A stretch of DNA of 64,000 bases. Source: Nitrospirota bacterium. GTDB lineage: Bacteria > Nitrospirota > JACRHJ01. Below, in pieces: positions 36,644 through 46,586 of this stretch. Position 1 is the first letter of the stretch, and every line of letters starts with the position of its first letter. The position numbers were made by a program, and so were the translations under genes. The stretch spans positions 128,001 to 192,000 of the forward strand of contig CAWJRJ010000017.1 in NCBI GenBank assembly GCA_963845245.1, read 5' to 3'. A model generated the notes under the pieces. The model was not told where the DNA came from, searched no databases, and worked only from the letters and a program-made list of their open reading frames with translations.

Positions 36644-37834
36644 ATGCGCAGGCTGATAACAATCCTGCTTGTATTATCTTTCATCCAGGCGTGCGCTGCA
36701 CCGAAAACAGCCGTCCAGCCAGCCCCGGGCCTTGTCAGGCTTTCACCCCCTGATTATCCGGATTTCCTGGATCCCAAAGCCCCGGCCGGTCTTGCTCGTG
36801 CCGTAGGCCATTCCATAGAATACCTCTCCAGGCTTCCAGTTTCAAAGCAGATAGCGTATGGTGGCTCAGTCTATGACGTCCCAGGGCAGGTGCGCTCCCT
36901 TGAACTGTTCCGCGAATTCTTGTCCTCAGGACCCTCCGCAAGACTTGTGGATGGGTATGTGAAGGAGAACTTCGATGTATACGAAGCCGGCGGTGTGGAC
37001 GGAGACGCCTTCTTTACCGGCTATTATACTCCCGAGATGAAGGCGTCCAGGTTGCGGGACGACGTTTACAGGTTTCCTTTGTATGCACTGCCCGCCGACA
37101 TCGTCACCGCCGACTTGGGCCTCTTCAAGGATGGCCTTAAAGGCGAAAAGCTTGTCGGAAGGGTAAATGGAAGGTCTTTTGTGCCCTATTTCACAAGGAA
37201 GGAGATCGAAGAAGGGGCGCTTGCCGGAAGGGGGTTAGAGGTGGCCTGGTGTGCCGACGCCGTGGATATATTCTTCTTGCAGGTGCAAGGCTCCGGTATC
37301 TTGGTATATGATGGCGGGGAGCGAAAGAACGCCAACTACGCAGGCGCGAATGGCAGGCCGTACAGGAGCATCGGCAAGTTGCTCATAGACCAGGGCAAAA
37401 GCAGCCGGGACGAGATGTCGCTGGACTTTCTGAAAAAATACCTCAAAGTGCATCCTGAAGAGTCTGAGGCCGTCATGGACTATAACGAGAGCTTCGTTTT
37501 TTTCAGGGTGGAGGACGACGGCCCTTACGGTTGCCTTGGGGTGCCGGTAACGGGCGAGCGGACTATCGCAACGGATAAACGGTTGTACCCGCCTGGTGCC
37601 CTTGCGTTCATCGATACTGAAGCGCCCTTGCCACTTACGGACGGTAGCGTTGGCTGGAGGGCTTACCGTGGTTTTGTCATGGACCAGGACACGGGTGGGG
37701 CTATAAAGGGGCCGGGCAGGGTAGATATTTATTTCGGGTCTGGAGATCAGGCGGTGTTCCGCGCAGGCTATATGAAACGAAAAGGCAGGCTCTATTACCT
37801 GGCGGGCAAGAAGGCGGCTACAGCTCCTCGATAA
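36644..37834 (+). CDS. mltA: Membrane-bound lytic transglycosylase MltA
   Basis: Lipobox QAC, FTGYY.P, FFLQVQGSG, DQDTGGAIKGPGRVDIYFG. Confidence 0.93.
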   Translation: MRRLITILLVLSFIQACAAPKTAVQPAPGLVRLSPPDYPDFLDPKAPAGLARAVGHSIEYLSRLPVSKQIAYGGSVYDVPGQVRSLELFREFLSSGPSARLVDGYVKENFDVYEAGGVDGDAFFTGYYTPEMKASRLRDDVYRFPLYALPADIVTADLGLFKDGLKGEKLVGRVNGRSFVPYFTRKEIEEGALAGRGLEVAWCADAVDIFFLQVQGSGILVYDGGERKNANYAGANGRPYRSIGKLLIDQGKSSRDEMSLDFLKKYLKVHPEESEAVMDYNESFVFFRVEDDGPYGCLGVPVTGERTIATDKRLYPPGALAFIDTEAPLPLTDGSVGWRAYRGFVMDQDTGGAIKGPGRVDIYFGSGDQAVFRAGYMKRKGRLYYLAGKKAATAPR

Positions 37835-38111
37835 ACATGTGCAGGCCGGACTTCTCTATCATATCCTTGAACCTTTGCAGGTCGTCCTCGAACTCTTCAA
37901 CCGTCTGGCGTTTGTCCGTTACGGGATTAAGCTCGTAGACCTTACCTGCTTTGTCTACCTTCCCGTAATAGTTTATGGCTACCACCATCCCTTCCTTGTC
38001 CAGCTTGCTGGACATTATACGGATATACCCCTTTTCAAGAGGTATATTGTATCCCTTGTAGGGTTTTTCTCCAAGGGCCAACTCCGCCAGTTTGAGATAA
38101 TCAATATCCAT
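37818..38111 (-). CDS. Hypothetical protein
   Basis: 97-aa ORF with plausible composition, convergent with mltA. Confidence 0.55.
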   Translation of the reverse strand: MDIDYLKLAELALGEKPYKGYNIPLEKGYIRIMSSKLDKEGMVVAINYYGKVDKAGKVYELNPVTDKRQTVEEFEDDLQRFKDMIEKSGLHMFIEEL

Positions 38112-38272
38112 TTGTACATAATAACAGGAAACCTCCAGTTTGAAAAGGGAGAAGCATTCTGTCCACAGCTGGTTAAAGCCTGCCCAATTATAAATATTTT
38201 GACAAAAGTTAGTGAATAATATAATGTAACAGGTAAATTGAGTGAAAAGTCATCTAATTTTGGAGGTGGGCG

Positions 38273-38884
38273 TTGAAGCGGTTTTTCCTTCTGTGTTGTT
38301 GCATCGTAATGCTTGGTTTAGCCTCTGTCTCGAACGCGGAAACCTTTGATGCCGTGAAGGAATATTCGTGTGACCAGCCTAGCGCGGGGGTCTGGTATTA
38401 CGAGGCATTCAGGCATTCAGACGGCACCTACCTCTCAATGGTCTTTGGCCGCGCCCAGGTAACAGAGGTCTCGAAGTACGGTGTGGAGGCGCATTATCTC
38501 CCCGACGGAGGACAGCCCTACTATCCATTCATAACCCTGTTCGATAAGGACATCTTCCTTTCTCCTTCCACTTCCGGCGATAAATTCGACGCAGTGCTTG
38601 CCTGGGCACCGCCATATGAAAGCGAAATCACCGCAAGCGGTTCCGTGCGGCTGATGGGAAATATAAAAGGTGGGGCTGCGGCCGGCAAAAAGGTCAATGT
38701 CAAATTGTCGTTTGCAGGGAAGACGCTCTGGAGTGCCGAAGTCGCGGGGGACAATACCGCGACGTTTTCCGTAAAGTCCGCTGTTTCAGGAAAAGACAGG
38801 CTACGCCTGCAGTTTGAAAATGCCGGAGACGCCTCCGGGGATATTGTCGCAGTCCAGATGCAGGTGGAGACTACAAAGAAATAG
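38273..38884 (+). CDS. Secreted hypothetical beta-rich protein
   Basis: GGAGGT RBS, TTG start, signal peptide ..SNA|ET. Confidence 0.65.
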   Translation: MKRFFLLCCCIVMLGLASVSNAETFDAVKEYSCDQPSAGVWYYEAFRHSDGTYLSMVFGRAQVTEVSKYGVEAHYLPDGGQPYYPFITLFDKDIFLSPSTSGDKFDAVLAWAPPYESEITASGSVRLMGNIKGGAAAGKKVNVKLSFAGKTLWSAEVAGDNTATFSVKSAVSGKDRLRLQFENAGDASGDIVAVQMQVETTKK

Positions 38885-38893
38885 AGAAAATGG

Positions 38894-40468
38894 ATGCCCT
38901 CCTTCTTTAAGAAAAGCCTTGAATTAAAGATAATCGCCGCCCTTGCGCTCATCCTCGCCTTGTTTATGACCCTTTCCTCGGTAATGGAAACGTGGCTGGA
39001 CACCAAAGGTACCTACCAGATAGTTTTCCAGCAGCTCGACACCCTCGCCAACACCATACAGAAAAGCCTTATCAAAGGACATGAGGACCGGCCAATCCAG
39101 CGGTGTCCAGCAGATACTGGAGATGGTCGGGACCGAAAAAGGCATCCTGGGCGTAAGGATATTCGACGAGAAAGGGACTATACTGAAATCGTTCGACCGG
39201 ACAGAAATAGGAAAGTCCGTTGACCCGGGCGTCTTAAAGCATTTCAAAGACGCGGACCGCGACTTCCTGGACCGAAAAGGGAGGACAGCGGATAATGCAC
39301 ATACTGCATCCCTATCGCAAATTCCCCGTCCTGCTTCGGATGTCATGGGCGGGAAAAGGAGATAAACGGGATACTCTCGATAGAGTTTTCGCTGGGCTCA
39401 ACGCAGGCATACATATACGACCACAACAAAAAAACGCTCATACTGCAATTTTTGACCATACTCCTGGTCGGCCTGCTTGTTTATGTGCTGATGAAAAGGC
39501 ACATAAGCGGCCCGATAATGAAGATTGAAGGCCGCAATGGGAGAGGCGGAGAACGGCAACCTGGACATTACGATACCTGTTGGGTCCGAGGACGAGATAG
39601 GCTCGCTCCAGCAAAGCTTCAACAGCATGCTGCAAAGGATAAAGGAACTAAACAGGGAAAACCTGGCGCAGCAGGAAGACATCATAAGGAAAGAACAGGA
39701 ACTGAAGCTTCAGCAGGCGATGGGCGAGAAAAACCGCGCACTTGAGGCCGCCAACCGTGAGATACTCGAAAAAAACCGGTATTATCTTGAGATGCTTTCT
39801 TTTATATCGCATGAACTCAAGAACCCGCTTGTGGTGCTCAAAGGATATTCGAGCCTTCTTCTCAAAGAGGACCTTGGCGAACTCAAAAAGGCACAGCGCG
39901 ATGCCATCCTTTCCATGGAAAAGAACGTGGATTCGATCAGCGAGATGATTGCGAACTACCTGGGCCTGTCAAGGATCGAACGTGGCGAACTGTTACCTGA
40001 CAAAACGGAATCAGACCTGGTTACAGACATTATATAACCCTGTAGTAAACGATTTTGAAGAGGCGGTTGACAGGGCGTCGATGACGCTGAAGGTCAATAC
40101 CCCCGATGCACCTGTGAGCATTTATGCGGACAGGGCCCTCATGAGGGCCGTACTTGGAAACCTGATCTCTAATGCCGTAAAATACGGGCTCCCCGAGAGC
40201 GAGGTGCTGGTCGATGCGGAAAGGTCCGGTGAATCGCTCGTTATATCTGTTTTCAACGAGGGAGAGGGTATCCGCCGGGAAGACCTTGAAAGGGTATTCG
40301 AGCGTTTCACAAGGCTTGATAACGAGACAACGCTGAGCAGGAAAGGCACGGGTCTGGGGCTTTGCATAGTGAAGGAAATAGTTGAGCATCACGGAGGAAG
40401 GGTCTGGGCTGAATCCGAGACAAGGCTCATGGGTAAGGTTTGTCTTCACAATGCCGCTTAAGGGATAA
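38894..40468 (+). CDS. Sensor histidine kinase with periplasmic heme-c motif, HAMP, HisKA and HATPase (about 6 frameshifts)
   Basis: Stitched frames: TM1, ..PIANSPSCFGCHG.., TM2, DEIGSLQQSFN, FISHELKNPL, NLISNAVKY, GTGLGL, GGRVWAES. Confidence 0.82.
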
Positions 40469-40547
40469 ATTGGAAATATTTACAGGGATCAGGAAATGCC
40501 TCACCTCAAAAGTGTCCACCGCCGTATCGCTGGTGCGGCTGACTGTA

Positions 40548-41528
40548 ATGGGTTGTGAGGCTATCGATAAGGAAAATGTGTTGCTTAGCAACACGGAGTC
40601 GCAAAAGACCAAGCTGCTCCTGTCCTCGGTTATCGACGGGATCCCGGACGGCGTGGCAATAATCGACAGGGAGATGCAGCTGATGCTCGTCAACCCAAGT
40701 TATGTCAGGATGTTTCCGGGGGCGGCACCGGGGGACACGTGTTACAGGCTTATACATAACAGGGATAGCATCTGCCCCCACTGCGGTGTGGTCAAGGTAT
40801 TCAGCGACGGCAAGATACATGAACACGAGTCAACGGTTTTGCTGCCAGGGGGCTCATCCAGGGTGGTCCACAGCATTTCCGCCCCTGTCTTCTCGGAAAA
40901 TGGTGAAATGATAAACGCGGTCGAGGTAATACGGGATATCACGGACCGGGTGACCATAGAAAAGGAGCTGAAGGAGAAGACCCTGGAACTCGAAAAGGCG
41001 AATACACGCCTGTCCAAGATGGCGGTTACGGACGGCCTCACGATGCTTTTCAACCACCGTTACTTCCAGGACAGCCTGAAGAAGGAGTTCAAACGGTTGG
41101 CCAGGCATCGGGCGCTTCCATTGTTGTCTCTGGCAATGATAGACATAGACCACTTCAAGTATTTAAACGACGCGTACGGACATCAGGCAGGGGATAGTGT
41201 ATTGAAGGGTATTTCCAAAATACTGAAGGGGAGCGTAAGGCTTACCGACATAGTCGCCCGGTACGGCGGCGAAGAGTTTGTCGTGATCATGCCGGAGACC
41301 GACTTTGAAGGCACATCCGTGGTTGCCGAAAGGATAAGGCGTAATATCGAGAATGCGGTCTTTGAGTACAAGGACCTAAGCCTCAAAACCACTGTCAGCA
41401 TTGGGCTGGCTGGACATCCGCATGATAGTATAAAAAACGAAGCAGATATTATTAAGGCAGCGGACAGCGCGCTTTACACAGCCAAGCAGGAAGGCCGCAA
41501 CAGGGTCGTCGTCTGGAAAGGGGTTTGA
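40548..41528 (+). CDS. PAS + GGDEF diguanylate cyclase
   Basis: PAS with TCY..CPHC, TDGLT.LFNHR, DIDHFK, RLTD, GGEEF; start uncertain. Confidence 0.9.
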   Translation: MGCEAIDKENVLLSNTESQKTKLLLSSVIDGIPDGVAIIDREMQLMLVNPSYVRMFPGAAPGDTCYRLIHNRDSICPHCGVVKVFSDGKIHEHESTVLLPGGSSRVVHSISAPVFSENGEMINAVEVIRDITDRVTIEKELKEKTLELEKANTRLSKMAVTDGLTMLFNHRYFQDSLKKEFKRLARHRALPLLSLAMIDIDHFKYLNDAYGHQAGDSVLKGISKILKGSVRLTDIVARYGGEEFVVIMPETDFEGTSVVAERIRRNIENAVFEYKDLSLKTTVSIGLAGHPHDSIKNEADIIKAADSALYTAKQEGRNRVVVWKGV

Positions 41529-41529
41529 T

Positions 41530-41961
41530 ATGGGCAGGGTTGTAGCAGTAAGCATAAGCGAAAAGAAAGGGATGAGAAAGACTAACGTCCCGCGTGCCCT
41601 TGCTCTCGAGAACTTCGGGTTTGAAGGCGATGCGCATGCCAGTTCAAGCTGGCATAGGCAGGTGAGCCTGCTCGCGGCGGAGAGCATAGAGAAAATGGTG
41701 AAGGCGGGCCTTGACGTAAAGGCAGGTGATTTCGCTGAGAACATAACCACCGAAGGCATCGACCTGGTCTCTTTGCCGATAGGCACGAGGGTGAAGGTCG
41801 GCGAACTGGTCGGCGAGGTCAGCCAGATAGGGAAAAAATGCCACGCACGCTGCGCCATTTACGAGCAGGCCGGCGACTGTGTTATGCCGAAAGAAGGCAT
41901 ATTCATCAAGGTGATCAAGGGCGGATGGGTAGCGCCCGGCGACCCGGTCGAGGTAATGTGA
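41530..41961 (+). CDS. MOSC domain protein
   Basis: GDAHA..HRQVSLL, GDFAENITT, QIGKKCH..C..GDCVMPKEGIF. Confidence 0.9.
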   Translation: MGRVVAVSISEKKGMRKTNVPRALALENFGFEGDAHASSSWHRQVSLLAAESIEKMVKAGLDVKAGDFAENITTEGIDLVSLPIGTRVKVGELVGEVSQIGKKCHARCAIYEQAGDCVMPKEGIFIKVIKGGWVAPGDPVEVM

Positions 41962-42452
41962 TCAAAGCTGCAATACTAACAATGTCCGACAAAGGCTCAC
42001 GGGGCGAGCGCGAGGACCGCTCCGGTGCAGTGATACGGGAGATGCTGATAGCCATGCCTGCCGAGATCATCCGCTATGAGGTCGTCCCGGACGAGTTGGA
42101 GATTATCAAGGAGTGTATTGTCGAGTTAGCTGACATTGCCGCCGCCGACCTGATAATCACCACTGGGGGTACCGGCGTCTCGCCTAGGGACGTCACGCCC
42201 GAGGCGACGAAGGCTGTGATCGACCGCGAACTGCCCGGAATGGCCGAGGCCATGCGTGCCGCGTCCATGCAAAAAACACCGAACGCCATGCTGTCACGCG
42301 CGGTCTGCGGGATAAGGGGGCGCACCCTGATAGTCAACCTTCCTGGAAGCCCCAAGGCCGTCAGGGAGAACCTCGAAACGGTCCTGCCTGTGCTCCAGCA
42401 CGCCGTGGAAAAAATCTGCGGCAGCGATGCCGAATGCGGGATGAACTCCTGA
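41958..42452 (+). CDS. mog: Molybdopterin adenylyltransferase MogA/MoaB
   Basis: SDKGSRGEREDRSG, TTGGTGVSPRDVTPEA, NLPGSPKAV; GTG start at 41958. Confidence 0.92.
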   Translation: MIKAAILTMSDKGSRGEREDRSGAVIREMLIAMPAEIIRYEVVPDELEIIKECIVELADIAAADLIITTGGTGVSPRDVTPEATKAVIDRELPGMAEAMRAASMQKTPNAMLSRAVCGIRGRTLIVNLPGSPKAVRENLETVLPVLQHAVEKICGSDAECGMNS

Positions 42453-42533
42453 AACCGATTTTCCTTGCAAAAGCTCCCGAAATAAGATATAAATTTCGGA
42501 TATTAAAGAGAAAAGGACGGTCGTTTTGCCTAT

Positions 42534-43607
42534 ATGCCTAATATCGGGGAAATCAGGAAGGCCATCGATGCCATCGATGACAATATCCTTGAGCTGTTAA
42601 ACCAGCGCGCGAACCTTGTAATTGAAATCGGCAGGATAAAAAAAGAGCAGAAATCCGAGTTCCACGTCCCCAACCGTGAGAAGGAGATATTAGACCGACT
42701 CACGTCCAAAAACTCCGGCCCGTTTCCAAACGAATCACTCCAGCGGGTATTGAGGGAGGTGTTTTCCGCCTCGCTTTCGCTAGAGCAGCCTATCAAGATA
42801 GCATATCTTGGCCCCAAGGCCACGTTTTCGCACCTTGCCTGCGTGCAGCAGTTCGGCTATTCCCCGCAGTACGTCCCGGTGAACAGCATAAGGGAGGTCT
42901 TCGCCGAGGTCGAGCGCGGGCTTGCGGAATACGGCGTCGTGCCTATCGAGAACTCCACCGAAGGCGTGATCAGCTACACGCTCGACATGTTCATGGAGTC
43001 TGAGCTTAAGATAGCGGCCGAGATAATGCTTGAAGTCACCGAGAACCTGATGAACAAGACCGGGAATATTGCGGACATCAAGAAGGTCTTCTCGCACCCG
43101 CAGCCGCTTGCACAGTGCAGGGGCTGGCTGGAGAGAAACCTCAAGGGCGTGCCAGTCGCCGAAGTCTCGTCGACTACCCGCGCTGCCGAGATGGCGGCGG
43201 AAGATACTTCGATCGCCGCAATCGCGAGCAAGCTCGCCGCGGAGATATACGGCCTCAAGATCATCAAGGAGCATATCGAGGACAACACTAATAACTTTAC
43301 CCGTTTCCTCGTCATCTCAAAAAAATATCCACCGAAGAGCGGCAATGACAAGACGTCCATACTCTTCTCGATAAAAGACAAGGCTGGGGCGCTCTACGAG
43401 ATGCTAAAGCCTTTCGCGGAACGCGGAATCAGCCTTACAAAGATAGAGTCGCGCCCGTCGAGGAAGAAACCCTGGGAGTATCATTTCTTCGTGGACATGG
43501 AAGGCCATTACGAAGATGAAAACGTGCGCTCAGCCATTGAAGAGCTTGAGAAGACCTGCCTCTTCGTGAAGATACTCGGGGCGTACCCGGCGGGAGAAGC
43601 AAGATGA
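42534..43607 (+). CDS. pheA: Chorismate mutase/prephenate dehydratase
   Basis: IRKAIDAID, PIENSTEG, NFTRF, IESRPS. Confidence 0.96.
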   Translation: MPNIGEIRKAIDAIDDNILELLNQRANLVIEIGRIKKEQKSEFHVPNREKEILDRLTSKNSGPFPNESLQRVLREVFSASLSLEQPIKIAYLGPKATFSHLACVQQFGYSPQYVPVNSIREVFAEVERGLAEYGVVPIENSTEGVISYTLDMFMESELKIAAEIMLEVTENLMNKTGNIADIKKVFSHPQPLAQCRGWLERNLKGVPVAEVSSTTRAAEMAAEDTSIAAIASKLAAEIYGLKIIKEHIEDNTNNFTRFLVISKKYPPKSGNDKTSILFSIKDKAGALYEMLKPFAERGISLTKIESRPSRKKPWEYHFFVDMEGHYEDENVRSAIEELEKTCLFVKILGAYPAGEAR

Positions 43608-44677
43608 GACGGATGACTATCGACGAGATATTGTCCTTGAAGCCTTATGCGCCTGGCAAGCCCATCGATGAGTTGGAACGTGAACTCGGGATTACAGGTT
43701 CCATAAAGCTCGCGAGCAACGAGAACCCTGTCGGCCCATCGCCAAAGGCTGTCGAGGCCATTGCAAAACTTCTGGGCGGACTGCACCGCTACCCGGACGG
43801 CGCCGGATTCTACCTCAAAAAAGCGATATCGGACAAGTTCGGCCACCCTATCGAGGGGATAATCCTCGGCAACGGCTCGAACGAACTGCTTGAGATTATA
43901 GTCAGGACGTTCCTCCTTGAAGGCGAGAGCGCCATAATGGCGGAACCGTCGTTCGTGGTATACAGGATGGCGGCCCAGGCCGCTGGCAGGGAGCGGGTCA
44001 TAGTACCGCTTAAGGACGGCCATCACGACCTGGAGGCAATGGCCGACAGGATTACAGATAAGACTAAGCTGATATTCATCGCGAACCCAAACAACCCCAC
44101 AGGCACGATGAACACCGCAGTACATATGGACTCGTTCATGAAGAGGGTGCCGGAGGATGTCATAGTGGTACTGGACGAGGCCTATTGCGAGTATGTCGCC
44201 TCGAAAGAATACCCCGACACCTTGGCTTATCTGAGGGCTGGCCGTAATGTCATAGCGCTCAGGACTTTCTCCAAGATCTACGGCCTTGCGGGGCTCCGGA
44301 TGGGGTACGGTTTCGCGCCTCCGGCCCTTGTAGACCTTATGAACAGGGTGCGCCAGCCGTTTAACACCAACTCCCTTGCCCAGGCCGCCGCACGGGCTGC
44401 CCTTGGGGATGAAGGCCATGTCGAAAAGTCCAGAAGAGTGAACGAGGACGGCAAGGCATTTTTATACAAAGAGCTTGGCAGGCTGGGAGTGGATTACGTG
44501 CCTACCCAGGCCAACTTCATATACATGGATTTGAAACAGGACGCAGGTGCGGTCAATGACAAACTCCTCAGGCAGGGCGTTATCATCAGGCCGATGGGCC
44601 CTACACAAATTAGGGTGACGATAGGGCTCAAAGAGGAAAACGAAAGGTTCATTGGAGCGCTTGAGAAGGTATTATGA
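43604..44677 (+). CDS. hisC: Histidinol-phosphate aminotransferase
   Basis: KLASNENP, NPNNPTG, DEAY, RTFSKIYGLAGLRMG. Confidence 0.95.
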   Translation: MRRMTIDEILSLKPYAPGKPIDELERELGITGSIKLASNENPVGPSPKAVEAIAKLLGGLHRYPDGAGFYLKKAISDKFGHPIEGIILGNGSNELLEIIVRTFLLEGESAIMAEPSFVVYRMAAQAAGRERVIVPLKDGHHDLEAMADRITDKTKLIFIANPNNPTGTMNTAVHMDSFMKRVPEDVIVVLDEAYCEYVASKEYPDTLAYLRAGRNVIALRTFSKIYGLAGLRMGYGFAPPALVDLMNRVRQPFNTNSLAQAAARAALGDEGHVEKSRRVNEDGKAFLYKELGRLGVDYVPTQANFIYMDLKQDAGAVNDKLLRQGVIIRPMGPTQIRVTIGLKEENERFIGALEKVL

Positions 44678-44712
44678 ATATGACTTCAAAAACTAACTAA
44701 GAGGTGAAAGAC

Positions 44713-45726
44713 ATGATTATAGTTCTAAGGCCAAAGGCCACCGCAAAACAGATAGAGCACATCGAGAAGAAGCTGAAGGAACACGGCGTAGCGGTGCACA
44801 TATCGAAAGGGACCGAGCGCACGATAATAGGAGCTATAGGCGATGAGGGTATCATCGCTGAACTTCCGCTTGCGGCCATGCCCGGCGTTGAGAAGGTGAT
44901 GCCTATACTCAAGCCCTACAAGCTCGTCTCACGCGAGTTCAGGAAAGAGAACAGCATCATAAAGGTGGGCAAGGAGACGATAGGCGGCAAGAAGATTGCT
45001 ATAATGGCCGGGCCGTGCGCCGTCGAGGGCCGCAAGAGGCTTCTCGCGGTCGGCGACGAGGTAAAAAAGTACGGGGCCAACTTCATAAGGGGCGGCGCGT
45101 TCAAGCCGCGCACATCTCCATACAGCTTTCAGGGCTTGGGAGAAGAAGGCCTCAGATATCTTGCCGAGTGCAGGGAGAGGACCGGCATGCCGGTCGTTAC
45201 CGAACTCATGGACCCGCGCGACACCGAGGTGGTGGTAAAGTACGCCGACGTCATCCAGATAGGCGCAAGGAACATGCAGAACTTCAGCCTGCTTAAAGAA
45301 GTAGGCCTGACCCGTACGACCGTGCTTTTAAAGAGGGGCCTGTCCGCCACGATCAAGGAGTTCCTCATGTCGGCGGAATACATCATGTCCCAGGGCAACC
45401 ACAATGTCGTCTTCTGCGAGAGGGGCATACGCACCTTCGAGACATATACCAGGAACACGCTCGACCTCTCTGCTGTGCCGATCCTGAAGAAGGAAAGCCA
45501 CCTCCCGGTCGTAGTCGATCCCTCGCACGGCGTAGGGATAAGGGAGTTCGTAGCTCCCATGGCCATGGCGGCAATAGCGTGCGGCGCTGACGGTATCATG
45601 GTGGAAGTCCACCAGAACCCCGAGGAGGCGTTCAGCGACGGGGACCAGTCCTTAAAGCCGAACGCATTCGGCCAGATGATAAAAGACCTGAAGGCTATTG
45701 CAAAGGTGGTCGGAAGAACCCTTTGA
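44713..45726 (+). CDS. aroF: DAHP synthase (type I-beta with N-terminal ACT-like domain)
   Basis: AGPCAVE, GGAFKPRTSPYSFQG, QIGARNMQN, ERGIRTFE, DPSHG. Confidence 0.95.
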   Translation: MIIVLRPKATAKQIEHIEKKLKEHGVAVHISKGTERTIIGAIGDEGIIAELPLAAMPGVEKVMPILKPYKLVSREFRKENSIIKVGKETIGGKKIAIMAGPCAVEGRKRLLAVGDEVKKYGANFIRGGAFKPRTSPYSFQGLGEEGLRYLAECRERTGMPVVTELMDPRDTEVVVKYADVIQIGARNMQNFSLLKEVGLTRTTVLLKRGLSATIKEFLMSAEYIMSQGNHNVVFCERGIRTFETYTRNTLDLSAVPILKKESHLPVVVDPSHGVGIREFVAPMAMAAIACGADGIMVEVHQNPEEAFSDGDQSLKPNAFGQMIKDLKAIAKVVGRTL

Positions 45727-46586
45727 TGGAACCACATTTTAGACAGGCTACAATAATCGGCGTGGGCCTCATCGGAGGCTCACTCGCCGGAATACTCAAG
45801 ACACGCAACATCGCGGCCTCGGTAATAGGCGTTGGCAGGGACAAGGAAAATCTCGATACGGCGGTCAGGATGGGCCTCATCGACCGCTACTTCCACGACG
45901 CCAAGAAGGGCGTCCAGGGCTCAGACCTTGTAGTCCTTTGCTGTCCCGTCGGCATATTCGAGGCGGTCGCCAAAGAGATAAAACCCTATCTGGACGACCA
46001 GGCGGTCGTAACCGACGCCGGCAGCGTGAAGGGCGCGCTCGTCGAGCGGCTCGAAGAGATATTCTACCTGAAGGCCCGGTATGTCCCTTCTCACCCAATT
46101 GCCGGAAGCGAACGCTCCGGAGCGGAGGCCGCCGACCTCAAGCTCTACGAAGGCGCGCGCTGCATAATCACCCCCACAAAGAACACAGACCTTTCCGCAC
46201 TTGAGGCCGTTACGGACCTCTGGGAGAAGGCCGGCGCCGTCGTGCAGCGGATGGACCCGTACGAGCACGACAGGGTGTTCGCGCTGGTGAGCCACCTCCC
46301 GCACGTCGCGGCGTATGCGCTCGTTTCTGCTCTTATCGGCATGGACGGCGGTGAACGCGCCATAACCTATGCCGGTGGAGGTTTCAAAGACTTCACCCGT
46401 ATCGCGGGGAGCCACCCGGACATGTGGCGGGATATCTGCATACTGAACGGCGAGAACATAATCAAGGCGCTCGACAGCTACCAGGAATCGCTCTGGAGAC
46501 TCAGGGACCTTATAGAAAAGAAAGACGGCGCGGCACTTGCGGAGGAATTCGGCAAGGCGCGCGATGTCAGGATAAAAATAAAGTAA
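45726..46586 (+). CDS. tyrA: Prephenate/arogenate dehydrogenase
   Basis: GVGLIGGS, TDAGSVK, HPIAGSE, EHD..SHLPH, DFTRIA. Confidence 0.95.
   Translation: MEPHFRQATIIGVGLIGGSLAGILKTRNIAASVIGVGRDKENLDTAVRMGLIDRYFHDAKKGVQGSDLVVLCCPVGIFEAVAKEIKPYLDDQAVVTDAGSVKGALVERLEEIFYLKARYVPSHPIAGSERSGAEAADLKLYEGARCIITPTKNTDLSALEAVTDLWEKAGAVVQRMDPYEHDRVFALVSHLPHVAAYALVSALIGMDGGERAITYAGGGFKDFTRIAGSHPDMWRDICILNGENIIKALDSYQESLWRLRDLIEKKDGAALAEEFGKARDVRIKIK

Noticed and set aside
38894..40468. Programmed ribosomal frameshifting or true pseudogenes as the explanation for the broken genes
   Set aside because: No consistent slippery heptamers or downstream structures; indels are scattered and often outside homopolymers, which fits sequencing error better.
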